NCBI GenBank assembly: GCA_048938005.1
Contig: JBHLMQ010000005.1
Coordinates: forward strand, 1 to 44,155
DNA: 44,155 nt
Direction: 5' to 3'
Origin: Promethearchaeota archaeon
Lineage (GTDB): Archaea > Asgardarchaeota > Lokiarchaeia > Sigyniarchaeales > SOKP01
The position numbers were made by a program, and so were the translations under genes. The notes beneath the pieces are model-generated. The model was given only the letters and a program-made list of their open reading frames with translations, searched no databases and was not told the DNA's origin. Positions 1 to 8,794 of the stretch are shown in pieces (position 1 is the first letter of the stretch; each line of letters opens with the position of its first letter).

Positions 1-2
1 TC

Positions 3-1814
3 GATATTATAATCAATGGTTGCTCCATTAATAGCGGTATTTAAGTTAATATCCTCGTAATAAACTATAATATTGAAGGTTTTATCAGATCTAAAGATTG
101 CCTCTTGCTCTGGTGTTATTAGGTTTAACTCCGTTTGTCCCATTATGGTTAAGGTTTTTTCGATAAATCCTGCTGCGGTGTCATTATTCCAGAACACTTG
201 AACGCGGAATTCTCCATATCCAGTAATAGTGTCAGATATGTCCCATTTTCCGAGATAAAATTCTGAACCTGACTCGAACGTGGAATTGGTTGATGTAAAA
301 TTTAATTTATCGTTTAGAGCAGCCGGGCTATATACGCTTAAATTGATGATTCCATTACCTTGAGCTATCTTTTCTTTAAATGAGGCGTTGAAATGAACTA
401 TATCTGTATAGTTTAGAACATCGACTGGATTTGTATCTATATAGGTATCAATTGATTCGAGCAGGTTTTCCGAAGTAGCAGTTAAATGCCAATATGTACC
501 ATTACCTGCATTGTTAACTTCAATTATTTTATAACCATTTTTATCGGAATGTATAATACAGTCATCTGTTTTATTTATTGATCCATTAAAAACATTAATA
601 TTATTCCAGCTGGAGGGAATTGTGAAATTTGTCTTATAATCACTTAACCTCGGGTCAAAATAATTTAATCCCCCAGTTCGGGATACATTCCATAAATCAT
701 CTTGTTCGCTTCCAAGAACTCTAAAAGAAGAGCTCGCCTTTAAATCCGTCTTAGTATAATTAATTTGAACTTTAGTTATATCACAAGAAACATCCCACCA
801 ATCTGCTGTAATTTCGAATTCCAATTGCCCAGTAGAACTTGAATAATTCTGCGTCGAATTCCAGTACCCAAAACCAGGAATATTATTATCTCCAATTACA
901 GCAGTATTATTTATCTTTAAACCTATATCCTCAGGCTTTGGAATGTTTTCTACAGGAGATAATTCAACCTTCAAATTTAAATCATAAGTAGTATACGAAC
1001 CTATTTTAATTAAGGTCCAATTTACACCTAATAATTCATATGAAAGTGAATCATCGGGATTGGTAGGGGGATTATCCACACCCATTCTCCATAACATCCC
1101 ATCACTATCTAATCCATTATCTCTCAACTCGATATAGAATGTATCGTTTGCTGTTTTTGATGGATCTAACAAGATGGGATTAAAAAAATCAGAATAATTA
1201 TTTAACCATCCTTCAAAATGAGCAAAACTCATTTGCCCTCCAGAGCATATAATAGCTATATCATCATCTGGTTCATTAATTCCATTAACCCAAGTTGAGT
1301 TAAGCACCCTGGCTACTAAATCACATTTATTGTTCTCATTATCATCAATATAAACATAGGTAGAAAGATTGACCAAATAAGATTTTACATGGACTTCAAA
1401 ACTCGTTGCTGCAACTTGATAATCGATAGATTGAAAGGAAGCAAGTTGATCTTCAATAGTAATTGTTTTATTGGGAGCATAAATATTATCAACAGTAATA
1501 TTAACATAAGAAGAATTAAACATTATATCAGTTGGGCAAGGTAATAAAAATTTATTATTGTTTGAATCTGATGTGTTTAATGCTTTATTAAAAGAATTGT
1601 TTAGATATGATTGGTGTAAAGTAATATTGATATCTTCTCCACTTCCTTCAACACCAGAAGAATAATCTGCGGATTTTAAATTTTCACGTAAGTATTGATT
1701 ATTGTTATCTAATTTAACATTCAAATGATTGAATATGTTAATACTAATGAATGATAAACCAAGAATTAGCCCTAATATAATTAATTTTTCAATTTTAATT
1801 AATTTATTTTTCAT
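3..1814 (-). CDS. Large secreted/cell-surface glycoprotein, 3' end truncated by window edge (>=604 aa)
   Basis: Not in the ORF track. Manual translation from ATG at 1814: MKNKLIKIEKLIILGLILGLSFISINIFNHL... gives a basic plus hydrophobic signal peptide. The frame appears open to the window start (...TIDYNI). N/T/S-rich with many N-x-S/T sequons (NIT, NTS, NSS, NKT, NWT, NYT, NGT). Confidence 0.85.
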   Translation of the reverse strand, partial: MKNKLIKIEKLIILGLILGLSFISINIFNHLNVKLDNNNQYLRENLKSADYSSGVEGSGEDINITLHQSYLNNSFNKALNTSDSNNNKFLLPCPTDIMFNSSYVNITVDNIYAPNKTITIEDQLASFQSIDYQVAATSFEVHVKSYLVNLSTYVYIDDNENNKCDLVARVLNSTWVNGINEPDDDIAIICSGGQMSFAHFEGWLNNYSDFFNPILLDPSKTANDTFYIELRDNGLDSDGMLWRMGVDNPPTNPDDSLSYELLGVNWTLIKIGSYTTYDLNLKVELSPVENIPKPEDIGLKINNTAVIGDNNIPGFGYWNSTQNYSSSTGQLEFEITADWWDVSCDITKVQINYTKTDLKASSSFRVLGSEQDDLWNVSRTGGLNYFDPRLSDYKTNFTIPSSWNNINVFNGSINKTDDCIIHSDKNGYKIIEVNNAGNGTYWHLTATSENLLESIDTYIDTNPVDVLNYTDIVHFNASFKEKIAQGNGIINLSVYSPAALNDKLNFTSTNSTFESGSEFYLGKWDISDTITGYGEFRVQVFWNNDTAAGFIEKTLTIMGQTELNLITPEQEAIFRSDKTFNIIVYYEDINLNTAINGATIDYNI

Positions 1815-1866
1815 TTTAATTTCTAAAAATGTGATTATTGGATTAAGTATAAAATTGACAAAAAAG

Positions 1867-1950
1867 TATTTAACACTTTTGTAGTAAATTAATATTTTAT
1901 TCGGAGAAAATAATGAAAACGTACGAGCTTTCCATAGAAATTGAAAAATT
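1867..1950. repeat. Imperfect direct repeat copy 1 (~84 bp; promoter-like element)
   Basis: tatttaacacttttgtagtaaattaatattttattcggagaaaataatgaaaacgtacgagctttccatagaaattgaaaaatt aligns with 2402..2484. Confidence 0.9.
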
Positions 1951-2118
1951 AAAAATTTTTTAGGCAACTTTTATTTATTTTTTCTTTCTATTTTTCTTTC
2001 AATTTTTTAGTTATATTTTGGGCAAGTTCAGATCCGACTATGTCAATTCCATTAATTGCCCATTTAAGTTGCTCTTTTATTTCTTTTTAGGCGACGGATT
2101 TCTTTAATACAGTTAAAT

Positions 2119-2337
2119 CTACTTTTTTCTGCCAATTCTATACCAATGTATTACTAAAGCAAGTCCTGGAATTAATAAAATAATAGCCCATACTATTATA
2201 ACCGAATCTATAGCATATCCTAAAGCCCACGCATCTGGATTACCCATCGAATTTAAAAACAACCAATATCCAATACCTCCAATCAGGAATATCGTTCCTC
2301 CGATTAAAAGTATTGTTCCTATAATACCTGTTTTCAA
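2119..2337 (-). CDS. Small two-TM membrane protein
   Basis: 72 aa, TTG start, two hydrophobic helices, basic C-terminus RIGRKK. Confidence 0.65.
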   Translation of the reverse strand: MKTGIIGTILLIGGTIFLIGGIGYWLFLNSMGNPDAWALGYAIDSVIIVWAIILLIPGLALVIHWYRIGRKK

Positions 2338-2401
2338 AATTTGAGACCATTTCTTTCTTTTTTAAAGATAGAAGTTCACGTGTATATTTATCACTTTCAA
2401 T

Positions 2402-2484
2402 TATTTAACATTTTTGTAGTTAATTAATATTTTATTAGGAGAAATGATGAAAACGTACGACTTTTCCATAAAACTTGAAAAATT
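2402..2484. repeat. Imperfect direct repeat copy 2
   Basis: tatttaacatttttgtagttaattaatattttattaggagaaatgatgaaaacgtacgacttttccataaaacttgaaaaatt aligns with 1867..1950. Confidence 0.9.
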
Positions 2485-2612
2485 TTGTATATTTTTTGCG
2501 CAAAGCTGACACATTAAACATTATCTAATATCCATAATGTTAAATAAATGGATGTACAATTAATATCTAAATTATAAATTGACTCTATTTTAAAAAGTAA
2601 AAGGTTCTTAAA

Positions 2613-3398
2613 ATGAAATTTATTGATTTATCTATTCCAATAATTAATCCTGAGGAGTTAATTTTTGATCCTGAAATGATGGAATTATCTATAGAGTATA
2701 ATAATCATGATCAGGGTGCTGAGCAGATGGGAGAATTATTTGAATTAGTACCAGAAACTCATTTACCAAATGGAAAGGGTTGGGCATCAGAAAAAATTAC
2801 TTTGAGCACGCATAATGGAACTCATATGGACGCGCCATGGCATTTTGCTCCGATTCAGGATAGAGAAAAAGGAGAAAAAAGAGCTTTAACAATTGATGAG
2901 ATTCTTTTGGAATGGTGTATTGGTCCACTCATTATTCTTGATTATACTAATTATGAGGATGGTTATGTATTAACACCAGAGGATATCAATAATAAGCTAG
3001 AGGATATTAATTACCAATTGAAAGAAGGAGATATTCTGTGCATTCACACTAAGGCATCTCAGTATTATGGAACTGAAGAGTTTATACATCATGGAGTTGG
3101 TGTTGGAAGGATGGCAACTTTACATATTATTCGAAAAGGAATTCATATTGTTGGAACAGATGCTTGGAGTTGGGATGCCCCTTTCTCTATTACTGCTCAA
3201 AAATGGGAACAGGATAGAGATCCTTCTATAATTTGGGAAGGTCATTTTGCCGGTATTGAATTGGGTTATTTTCAAATGGAAAAGTTAACAAATTTAGATA
3301 AGGTTCCTCCTGTAGGAGCTACGATTTATTGTTTTCCTATAAAAATTGCTCGAGCCAGTGCTGGTTGGGTTCGTGCGGTGGCAACTATTCCTGAATAA
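2613..3398 (+). CDS. Cyclase family (kynurenine formamidase KynB-like) metal-dependent hydrolase
   Basis: IDLS N-terminus, HNGTHMDAPWH (HxGTHxDxPxH), GTDAWSWD, EKLTNL, C-terminal RAVA. Confidence 0.9.
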   Translation: MKFIDLSIPIINPEELIFDPEMMELSIEYNNHDQGAEQMGELFELVPETHLPNGKGWASEKITLSTHNGTHMDAPWHFAPIQDREKGEKRALTIDEILLEWCIGPLIILDYTNYEDGYVLTPEDINNKLEDINYQLKEGDILCIHTKASQYYGTEEFIHHGVGVGRMATLHIIRKGIHIVGTDAWSWDAPFSITAQKWEQDRDPSIIWEGHFAGIELGYFQMEKLTNLDKVPPVGATIYCFPIKIARASAGWVRAVATIPE

Positions 3399-3426
3399 TA
3401 AATAGAAAAAAATTTTAAAAAAAGAT

Positions 3427-5631
3427 TTATTCTTCTTCAAAAATATCTTCTACTAGTTTATCATCATCATCTTTTTTGAAAAGAGAGAGTGATCCAGTCC
3501 AATCTTTTAATATATCTAAGTATTTTGTTTCAAATTTCTTAACAAATTCTTTTAAAGGTGTTCGAACTTCAGTAGTTTGATTTCCCTTAATAAATAAGGC
3601 TCCAAAAATGCGATTTCCATATTCTAAAAGAATTGTGATATCTCCATGGTCAATTTTTTTCAAAGCCTCAGCAGATTTTGTCATTTCTTTAATAAATGAG
3701 GTAATGGCAGAAAACATTCCTGAAACCAATCCCGGATCCTGAGTAACATCTCTTTGAAAAGAATAATTATAAACGCCTCGTCCATCTTCATAAATAATAT
3801 AGAGTCCTTGTTTTTCTACATGTTCAAAAATGTAACTAAATTCTGTTTGCCATATATTAATGAGATTATTATTATAAAGATATCGTAGAGTAAAGTAGAA
3901 TCTCTTCTTCTCATTTTCATCAACTGGTTTTAATTCTTCAAGTAATTTACTTTCTGCTAGTGCATTCATAAAAGTTTTTACTTCTTCACGCTCTTGTTCG
4001 ATATCTTTTAGATCAATACCTTCTTTTTTAGTTATTAAATAAGATGTTTTGCCTTCGATGTAATCATCAAAAGTAGGAAAATCACTCACTGTTGAGAAAA
4101 TTACTTTTTTTATATGTTCTTCATCAATAGGTATGTTTTTACTTACAAATGCCTTTCTAAAATAGAAAATCAGTAAACCCCACAATATTACATTAAAAAC
4201 ATATCGTGTATACAAATACGGTACAGCTAAACCATATAATAAACCAGTCAAATTTGCTTGCAAACTTGCCGTTCTTAATGTATAAAAATTAAATCCAAAG
4301 ATTTTAGTATAACTAGTCTGTCCAGTTATCCAATAAATGTCCCCACTCCCAATAATCAAAAGAACTGAAAGAGTTACGATTATAGGGAGGTAAACTACAA
4401 TGCCTAATCCCGTACTTTTTAAGAATTTTAATCCATAAGCAAAAATCAGAGTCAGAATTATAGCAGGGATAATTTCTGTTATTATAATTCCATAAATAAT
4501 TAAAAGATCGAATTTTAAAATGTAATAAAAATCTGGATTAATAGTTGTGTATTTTCCTGCGTTATATATTGCTGATTCTTCAGCGCCAAATAGAGGGGCG
4601 TATACATAGTTGGTTAGTACCAAATTTAAAACAAAGTAGGTTACCAGAGCTAAAGCTCCAAAGACTAACATATAGTAAAAATTTTGCGCATTTAACTTCT
4701 TTTTCTTTCTGTTTTTCCACCAATTAATTAATTTGACAAAAATCATAATTGAAATTGGTTCAAAGATATCTAAAAATAAAATAAATATTATTGAAGCCAT
4801 GATAAAATACGCAAAGAAGTAAATAATTATAACAATTGATGCTGTGTATTGCATTGCGAATAATATGATGGATAAAATTGACATTGGGGCTCCAATCGTA
4901 TACAGGCTTTTGTATGTTTGTTTTCTAATTTGTTCACCAAAGAATCTCCCTTTTAAGGCGATTTGACTGGAGAAGAGCAATTCAATGCTAAAAATTAAGA
5001 CTGCCAAATATACAAATAATATTTCTAAAAACCATCCTAAAGCTGTTTCGCCTGTAGTTAATGATTCCTCTTGAAGGCCCGAAATTTCAAGTATAACTTG
5101 TAAAAGATAGAGAGAGATAGGTAATAAGACAATCATTAATTTCAGTATTTCCTTCTCTCGGGACCAATTATTTCTAATCAACTCTCTTTTAGTTCGTTCT
5201 AATGGGCTCTCTTTTATTTCATAAGTTAGTTGTTCTAAATTTGATCTCAGTGAACCCTCTTCTTTCCTTAATCTATTCCATACTAATATTATTGAAATAA
5301 AGGGGGCAACTAAAAATATAAATGGTAAAGTTATTATGGGGTAAGAGAAAAATTGCGCTATAAGTGAACCTAAATGTGTAAAGATATATGCAAATCCATA
5401 TGCAATATTACCTACTTCTGCTGGAGGTACAACTAGTTCATTAGGAGTTTCTCCCACCTGAAAAATTATTGGAAGAATCCAGTAGATCAAGTAAAATACT
5501 ATAATTCCTAGAACTACTCTTAAATACAATTTACCTATAGTTTTTTTCCAAATGAAGAATAAGGGAATAATTAGGAGTATTATAGGGAGTGCATTTAGGA
5601 ATATCATAAAAATAATTTCTATAGTGTCCAT
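3427..5631 (-). CDS. Polytopic membrane protein (~12 TM) with C-terminal Asgard longin-like domain
   Basis: About 12 hydrophobic segments in aa 1-495. C-terminal GLYIIYEDGRGVY...DPGLVSGMFSAITSFIKEM...IDHGDITILLE...LKEFVKKFETKY resembles Asgard longin-like domains. Confidence 0.75.
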   Translation of the reverse strand: MDTIEIIFMIFLNALPIILLIIPLFFIWKKTIGKLYLRVVLGIIVFYLIYWILPIIFQVGETPNELVVPPAEVGNIAYGFAYIFTHLGSLIAQFFSYPIITLPFIFLVAPFISIILVWNRLRKEEGSLRSNLEQLTYEIKESPLERTKRELIRNNWSREKEILKLMIVLLPISLYLLQVILEISGLQEESLTTGETALGWFLEILFVYLAVLIFSIELLFSSQIALKGRFFGEQIRKQTYKSLYTIGAPMSILSIILFAMQYTASIVIIIYFFAYFIMASIIFILFLDIFEPISIMIFVKLINWWKNRKKKKLNAQNFYYMLVFGALALVTYFVLNLVLTNYVYAPLFGAEESAIYNAGKYTTINPDFYYILKFDLLIIYGIIITEIIPAIILTLIFAYGLKFLKSTGLGIVVYLPIIVTLSVLLIIGSGDIYWITGQTSYTKIFGFNFYTLRTASLQANLTGLLYGLAVPYLYTRYVFNVILWGLLIFYFRKAFVSKNIPIDEEHIKKVIFSTVSDFPTFDDYIEGKTSYLITKKEGIDLKDIEQEREEVKTFMNALAESKLLEELKPVDENEKKRFYFTLRYLYNNNLINIWQTEFSYIFEHVEKQGLYIIYEDGRGVYNYSFQRDVTQDPGLVSGMFSAITSFIKEMTKSAEALKKIDHGDITILLEYGNRIFGALFIKGNQTTEVRTPLKEFVKKFETKYLDILKDWTGSLSLFKKDDDDKLVEDIFEEE

Positions 5632-5717
5632 AATAATTACAATTTTTTCGGATTATTAAAATTCAAATTTATTTAAAATAAATGTATGTAAATGTTATTA
5701 TAATAATTTAGGTATTT

Positions 5718-6836
5718 TTGACTATTTTAAATTTTATAATGACCCTAAATAATAAAGTAGGAATTATTTTAGATGATGATTTTGCATCGAAACATAATCC
5801 CTCTTACCCCCATCCGATTTTTTTTTCCTATGAATCTCCCCTAAGAATTCAATCTATATTAACTTATTTGGAGAGTAAAAAAGTTTTTGAAGATAAGAGA
5901 ATATTTAAACTAAAACCTAAATCAATTGATGATTCTATAATTGAATTAGCCCATACTAAGTATTATATCGATTCTATAAAACATCTTTCAAATTTAGGAG
6001 ACTGTTTATTAAATGATGAGGTTTTTATTACATCAGATACATTTGAACTAGCTAAAAAGGCAGTAGGAGGGGCGATACAAGCAATTGAACAAGTAATAAA
6101 TGATAGTGTAAATCAATCCATTGCCCTAATAAGACCACCTGGTCATCATGCTTTGCGGGAAAACGGCTCGGGACTCTGTATTTTTAATAATATCGCAAAT
6201 TCTATTCTTTACTTACGAGAAAAGATCCAATATAATAAAAAAATTGCTATAGTAGATATTGATAACCATTTTGGTGATGGTTTAGTACAATATTTTTATG
6301 AAGATCCGAGTGTACTTTATTTTTCTATCCATGAATATGATTTTGTAGAAGGAGATATTGGATTTATAAATGAACTGGGCGCCGAAGAAGGTCTTGGCAA
6401 AAGTATCAACTTTCCAATACCAATGAATTCTAATGACGAAAATTTTTTAGAAGCTATAGAAATACTTGAACCTATTCTTAGAGAATTTAATCCGGATCTT
6501 ATTATAATTGCAGCTGGTTTTGATATGTATTTTGCTGATCCTATAGGGAACTGCTTATTAACCACTTTTTCATATTATAAATTTACTGAAAAACTATTAG
6601 AAATTGCTAAAGATATATGTGAAGGTAAATTAGCTTTTATTCTCGAGGGGGGATACAGTTTAATAGGTTTAGCAGTCTGTGTTCATTCAGTTATTAATGC
6701 TTTATTAAAAGAGAAGTATGAGCAACCTCCATCTGAATATATAGATTTCTCAAATATTTCTAAAAGAAATGAAATAAAAAAAATAAAATCTGCACTCAAA
6801 AATCTTTTAGCGAATTATTGGACTTCAATGAAATAA
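5718..6836 (+). CDS. Zn-dependent histone deacetylase family protein
   Basis: ESPLR, RPPGHHA, GLCIFNN, DIDNHFGDG, SIHE, AGFD, LEGGY; catalytic residues intact. True start may be the ATG at codon 8. Confidence 0.93.
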   Translation: MTILNFIMTLNNKVGIILDDDFASKHNPSYPHPIFFSYESPLRIQSILTYLESKKVFEDKRIFKLKPKSIDDSIIELAHTKYYIDSIKHLSNLGDCLLNDEVFITSDTFELAKKAVGGAIQAIEQVINDSVNQSIALIRPPGHHALRENGSGLCIFNNIANSILYLREKIQYNKKIAIVDIDNHFGDGLVQYFYEDPSVLYFSIHEYDFVEGDIGFINELGAEEGLGKSINFPIPMNSNDENFLEAIEILEPILREFNPDLIIIAAGFDMYFADPIGNCLLTTFSYYKFTEKLLEIAKDICEGKLAFILEGGYSLIGLAVCVHSVINALLKEKYEQPPSEYIDFSNISKRNEIKKIKSALKNLLANYWTSMK

Positions 6837-6850
6837 AAAAATCAAAAATT

Positions 6851-7252
6851 TTACACAAAATCGGTTAATTTTTTTGCATATTCTTGAGCTGCGAAAAGTG
6901 TATCACGAGGCCCAACTTGTGGGTTAATGTAGCAAACTAATCCTCCAGTGCCTCCGATTGGCACAGGACAAATAATAATGTGCCCTTTACCAGCAATATT
7001 TGTCCCAATTTTTCTTTCTTCTGTATTTTCTACTATCATATACTTTATTCCTTGAATAGTAATACTACTGATACCTTTTTCACCTAGCTTCAGCTTTTTG
7101 CTAAGAAGTTCATTTATTAAGTCGAGATCATTAGTTAAATCCCAATTTTCTGTTTGAGTTAATAAAGTCCCATCTTTACTTATTATAGCCACTCCAAAGA
7201 TGTTTTGTTCTTCATTTAATAAATCATCAATAATTGCTTCAATTTCGGACAT
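6851..7252 (-). CDS. Profilin (Loki profilin type, actin-binding eukaryotic signature protein)
   Basis: 133 aa; GVAIISKDG..TQTENW..ITIQGIKYMIVENTEERKIGTN..GKGH..CPVPIGG..GPRD..QEYAKKL closely matches my recollection of Lokiarchaeal profilins. Confidence 0.92.
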   Translation of the reverse strand: MSEIEAIIDDLLNEEQNIFGVAIISKDGTLLTQTENWDLTNDLDLINELLSKKLKLGEKGISSITIQGIKYMIVENTEERKIGTNIAGKGHIIICPVPIGGTGGLVCYINPQVGPRDTLFAAQEYAKKLTDFV

Positions 7253-7358
7253 TTACACCAAATATTTATTATTAAATTGTTATAAATAAAATAAATAAAA
7301 TCAATTATAAATTTAAATATAATTTAAAAACAAATTGAAAAAATTACGGTGAAATTAT

Positions 7359-7901
7359 TTGGCATTAAGAATGTGGAGAAAAGCTATTCTTCTATCTCTA
7401 CGTGAGAAAAAAATTTTTACTGTTTTTACATTGATTTATACAGTTTTAATATTTCTTACATCGCTCTTCATAGATTTAGGACTGAGTGGTCAATTAGGAG
7501 ATTTAGCGTGGTATTTTGTTTTTATCTTTTTTGGAGTATCTTTATTCCTTTCCTTACTCTACGCGTGGATTTTAGTATCAAGAAAGAGACGTGTATGGGC
7601 AACATTCAAGTGCATAGGATATACAAATAGAAATATATTAGTATTAGTTTCAGGAATGATATTTTTTACTACTCTCGTGGGATTTTTAATTGTTATTGAG
7701 GTACTATTCCATTTTGCTGCCGGCGCTGCATATTTAAATCAAGCAGGCGTAGATTTTGGCCTTACAATATTAATTGATTTAGTTCCAGTTGTAACTACTA
7801 GTGCGATATTTATTGCTGTTCAAATAATAGCTTTCATTTTAGCATACAGAAAAGTTCTTAAAGTTCGGCCAATAATAGCCCTGAAAAAAGTTGGTGAATA
7901 A
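7359..7901 (+). CDS. FtsX/MacB-like ABC transporter permease (minimal, 4 TM)
   Basis: RKRRVWATFKCIGYT (R..E.A.LKA.G-like motif), C-terminal RKVLKVRPIIALK; TTG start after GGTGA. Confidence 0.8.
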   Translation: MALRMWRKAILLSLREKKIFTVFTLIYTVLIFLTSLFIDLGLSGQLGDLAWYFVFIFFGVSLFLSLLYAWILVSRKRRVWATFKCIGYTNRNILVLVSGMIFFTTLVGFLIVIEVLFHFAAGAAYLNQAGVDFGLTILIDLVPVVTTSAIFIAVQIIAFILAYRKVLKVRPIIALKKVGE

Positions 7902-7916
7902 GGAGGTTAAAGAAAA

Positions 7917-8606
7917 ATGTCATCTGATAAAGATATTATGATTGAAGCCATAGATATTAATAAAGAATATAGAAGAGCAGGCGCTATTATTAGAGCATTA
8001 GCAGATGTGAATCTAAGAGTTAGATCTGGTGAATTTGTTGTTGTTCAAGGCCCTACTGGTTGTGGAAAATCGACACTTCTCAATGTTTTATCAGGATTAG
8101 ATTTACCTGATTCAGGAAGGATAATATTTGATGGTGAAAATATTGCAAGAGCAACAGAAGATAGATTAAGTAAGCTCAGACGTCAGAAAATCGGTTTTGT
8201 ATTTCAAGATTTTAATTTAGTTAATACATTAACTGCTATTGAAAATGTAGAAGCTGTTTTATGGCCAACAGTATTACGTCAAAAAGAAATTGAGAATAGA
8301 GCAATTACAGCCCTAAGAGATGTTGATTTGCTTGATCGCAAAGATCATTACCCTGTGCAAATGTCAGGAGGAGAGAAACAGCAATGTGGTATTGCACGAG
8401 CAATAATTCATAGACCAAGAGTAATATTAGCTGATGAGGCCACTGGAAATTTAGACCCTGAATCAGAAAAAAAAGTAATGAATCTATTAAAGAAAATAAA
8501 TAAGGAAATGGAGACTACAATCATTTTTGTTACACATAGAGATTTATCCCAGTACGGAACAAAAACAATCCGAATGGATAATGGTAGAATTACTAAAATA
8601 CAATAA
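7917..8606 (+). CDS. ABC transporter ATP-binding protein (LolD/MacB/FtsE type)
   Basis: GPTGCGKST, IGFVFQDFNL, MSGGEKQ, ILADEATGNLD, VTH; SD GGAGGT upstream. Confidence 0.95.
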   Translation: MSSDKDIMIEAIDINKEYRRAGAIIRALADVNLRVRSGEFVVVQGPTGCGKSTLLNVLSGLDLPDSGRIIFDGENIARATEDRLSKLRRQKIGFVFQDFNLVNTLTAIENVEAVLWPTVLRQKEIENRAITALRDVDLLDRKDHYPVQMSGGEKQQCGIARAIIHRPRVILADEATGNLDPESEKKVMNLLKKINKEMETTIIFVTHRDLSQYGTKTIRMDNGRITKIQ

Positions 8607-8794
8607 AATTTACTTTATTTTTTATACTTATTTCAAAGCATTTTCAAAAAATACTTGTATCTTAGAACTTACTAACAACGATATCAGTAAAATTGTGAAT
8701 AAAAATTTAAGACAAAAATATAAATATATAAAGCTTTTTTGATTAGTAATAAGGAAATTAAAAACTCTTAATCATTAATGATAAAGGGATTATC

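Noticed and set aside
1867-2484. The two repeats as a CRISPR array or IS ends
   Set aside because: Only two long imperfect direct copies about 535 bp apart; no cas genes, transposase or terminal inverted repeats
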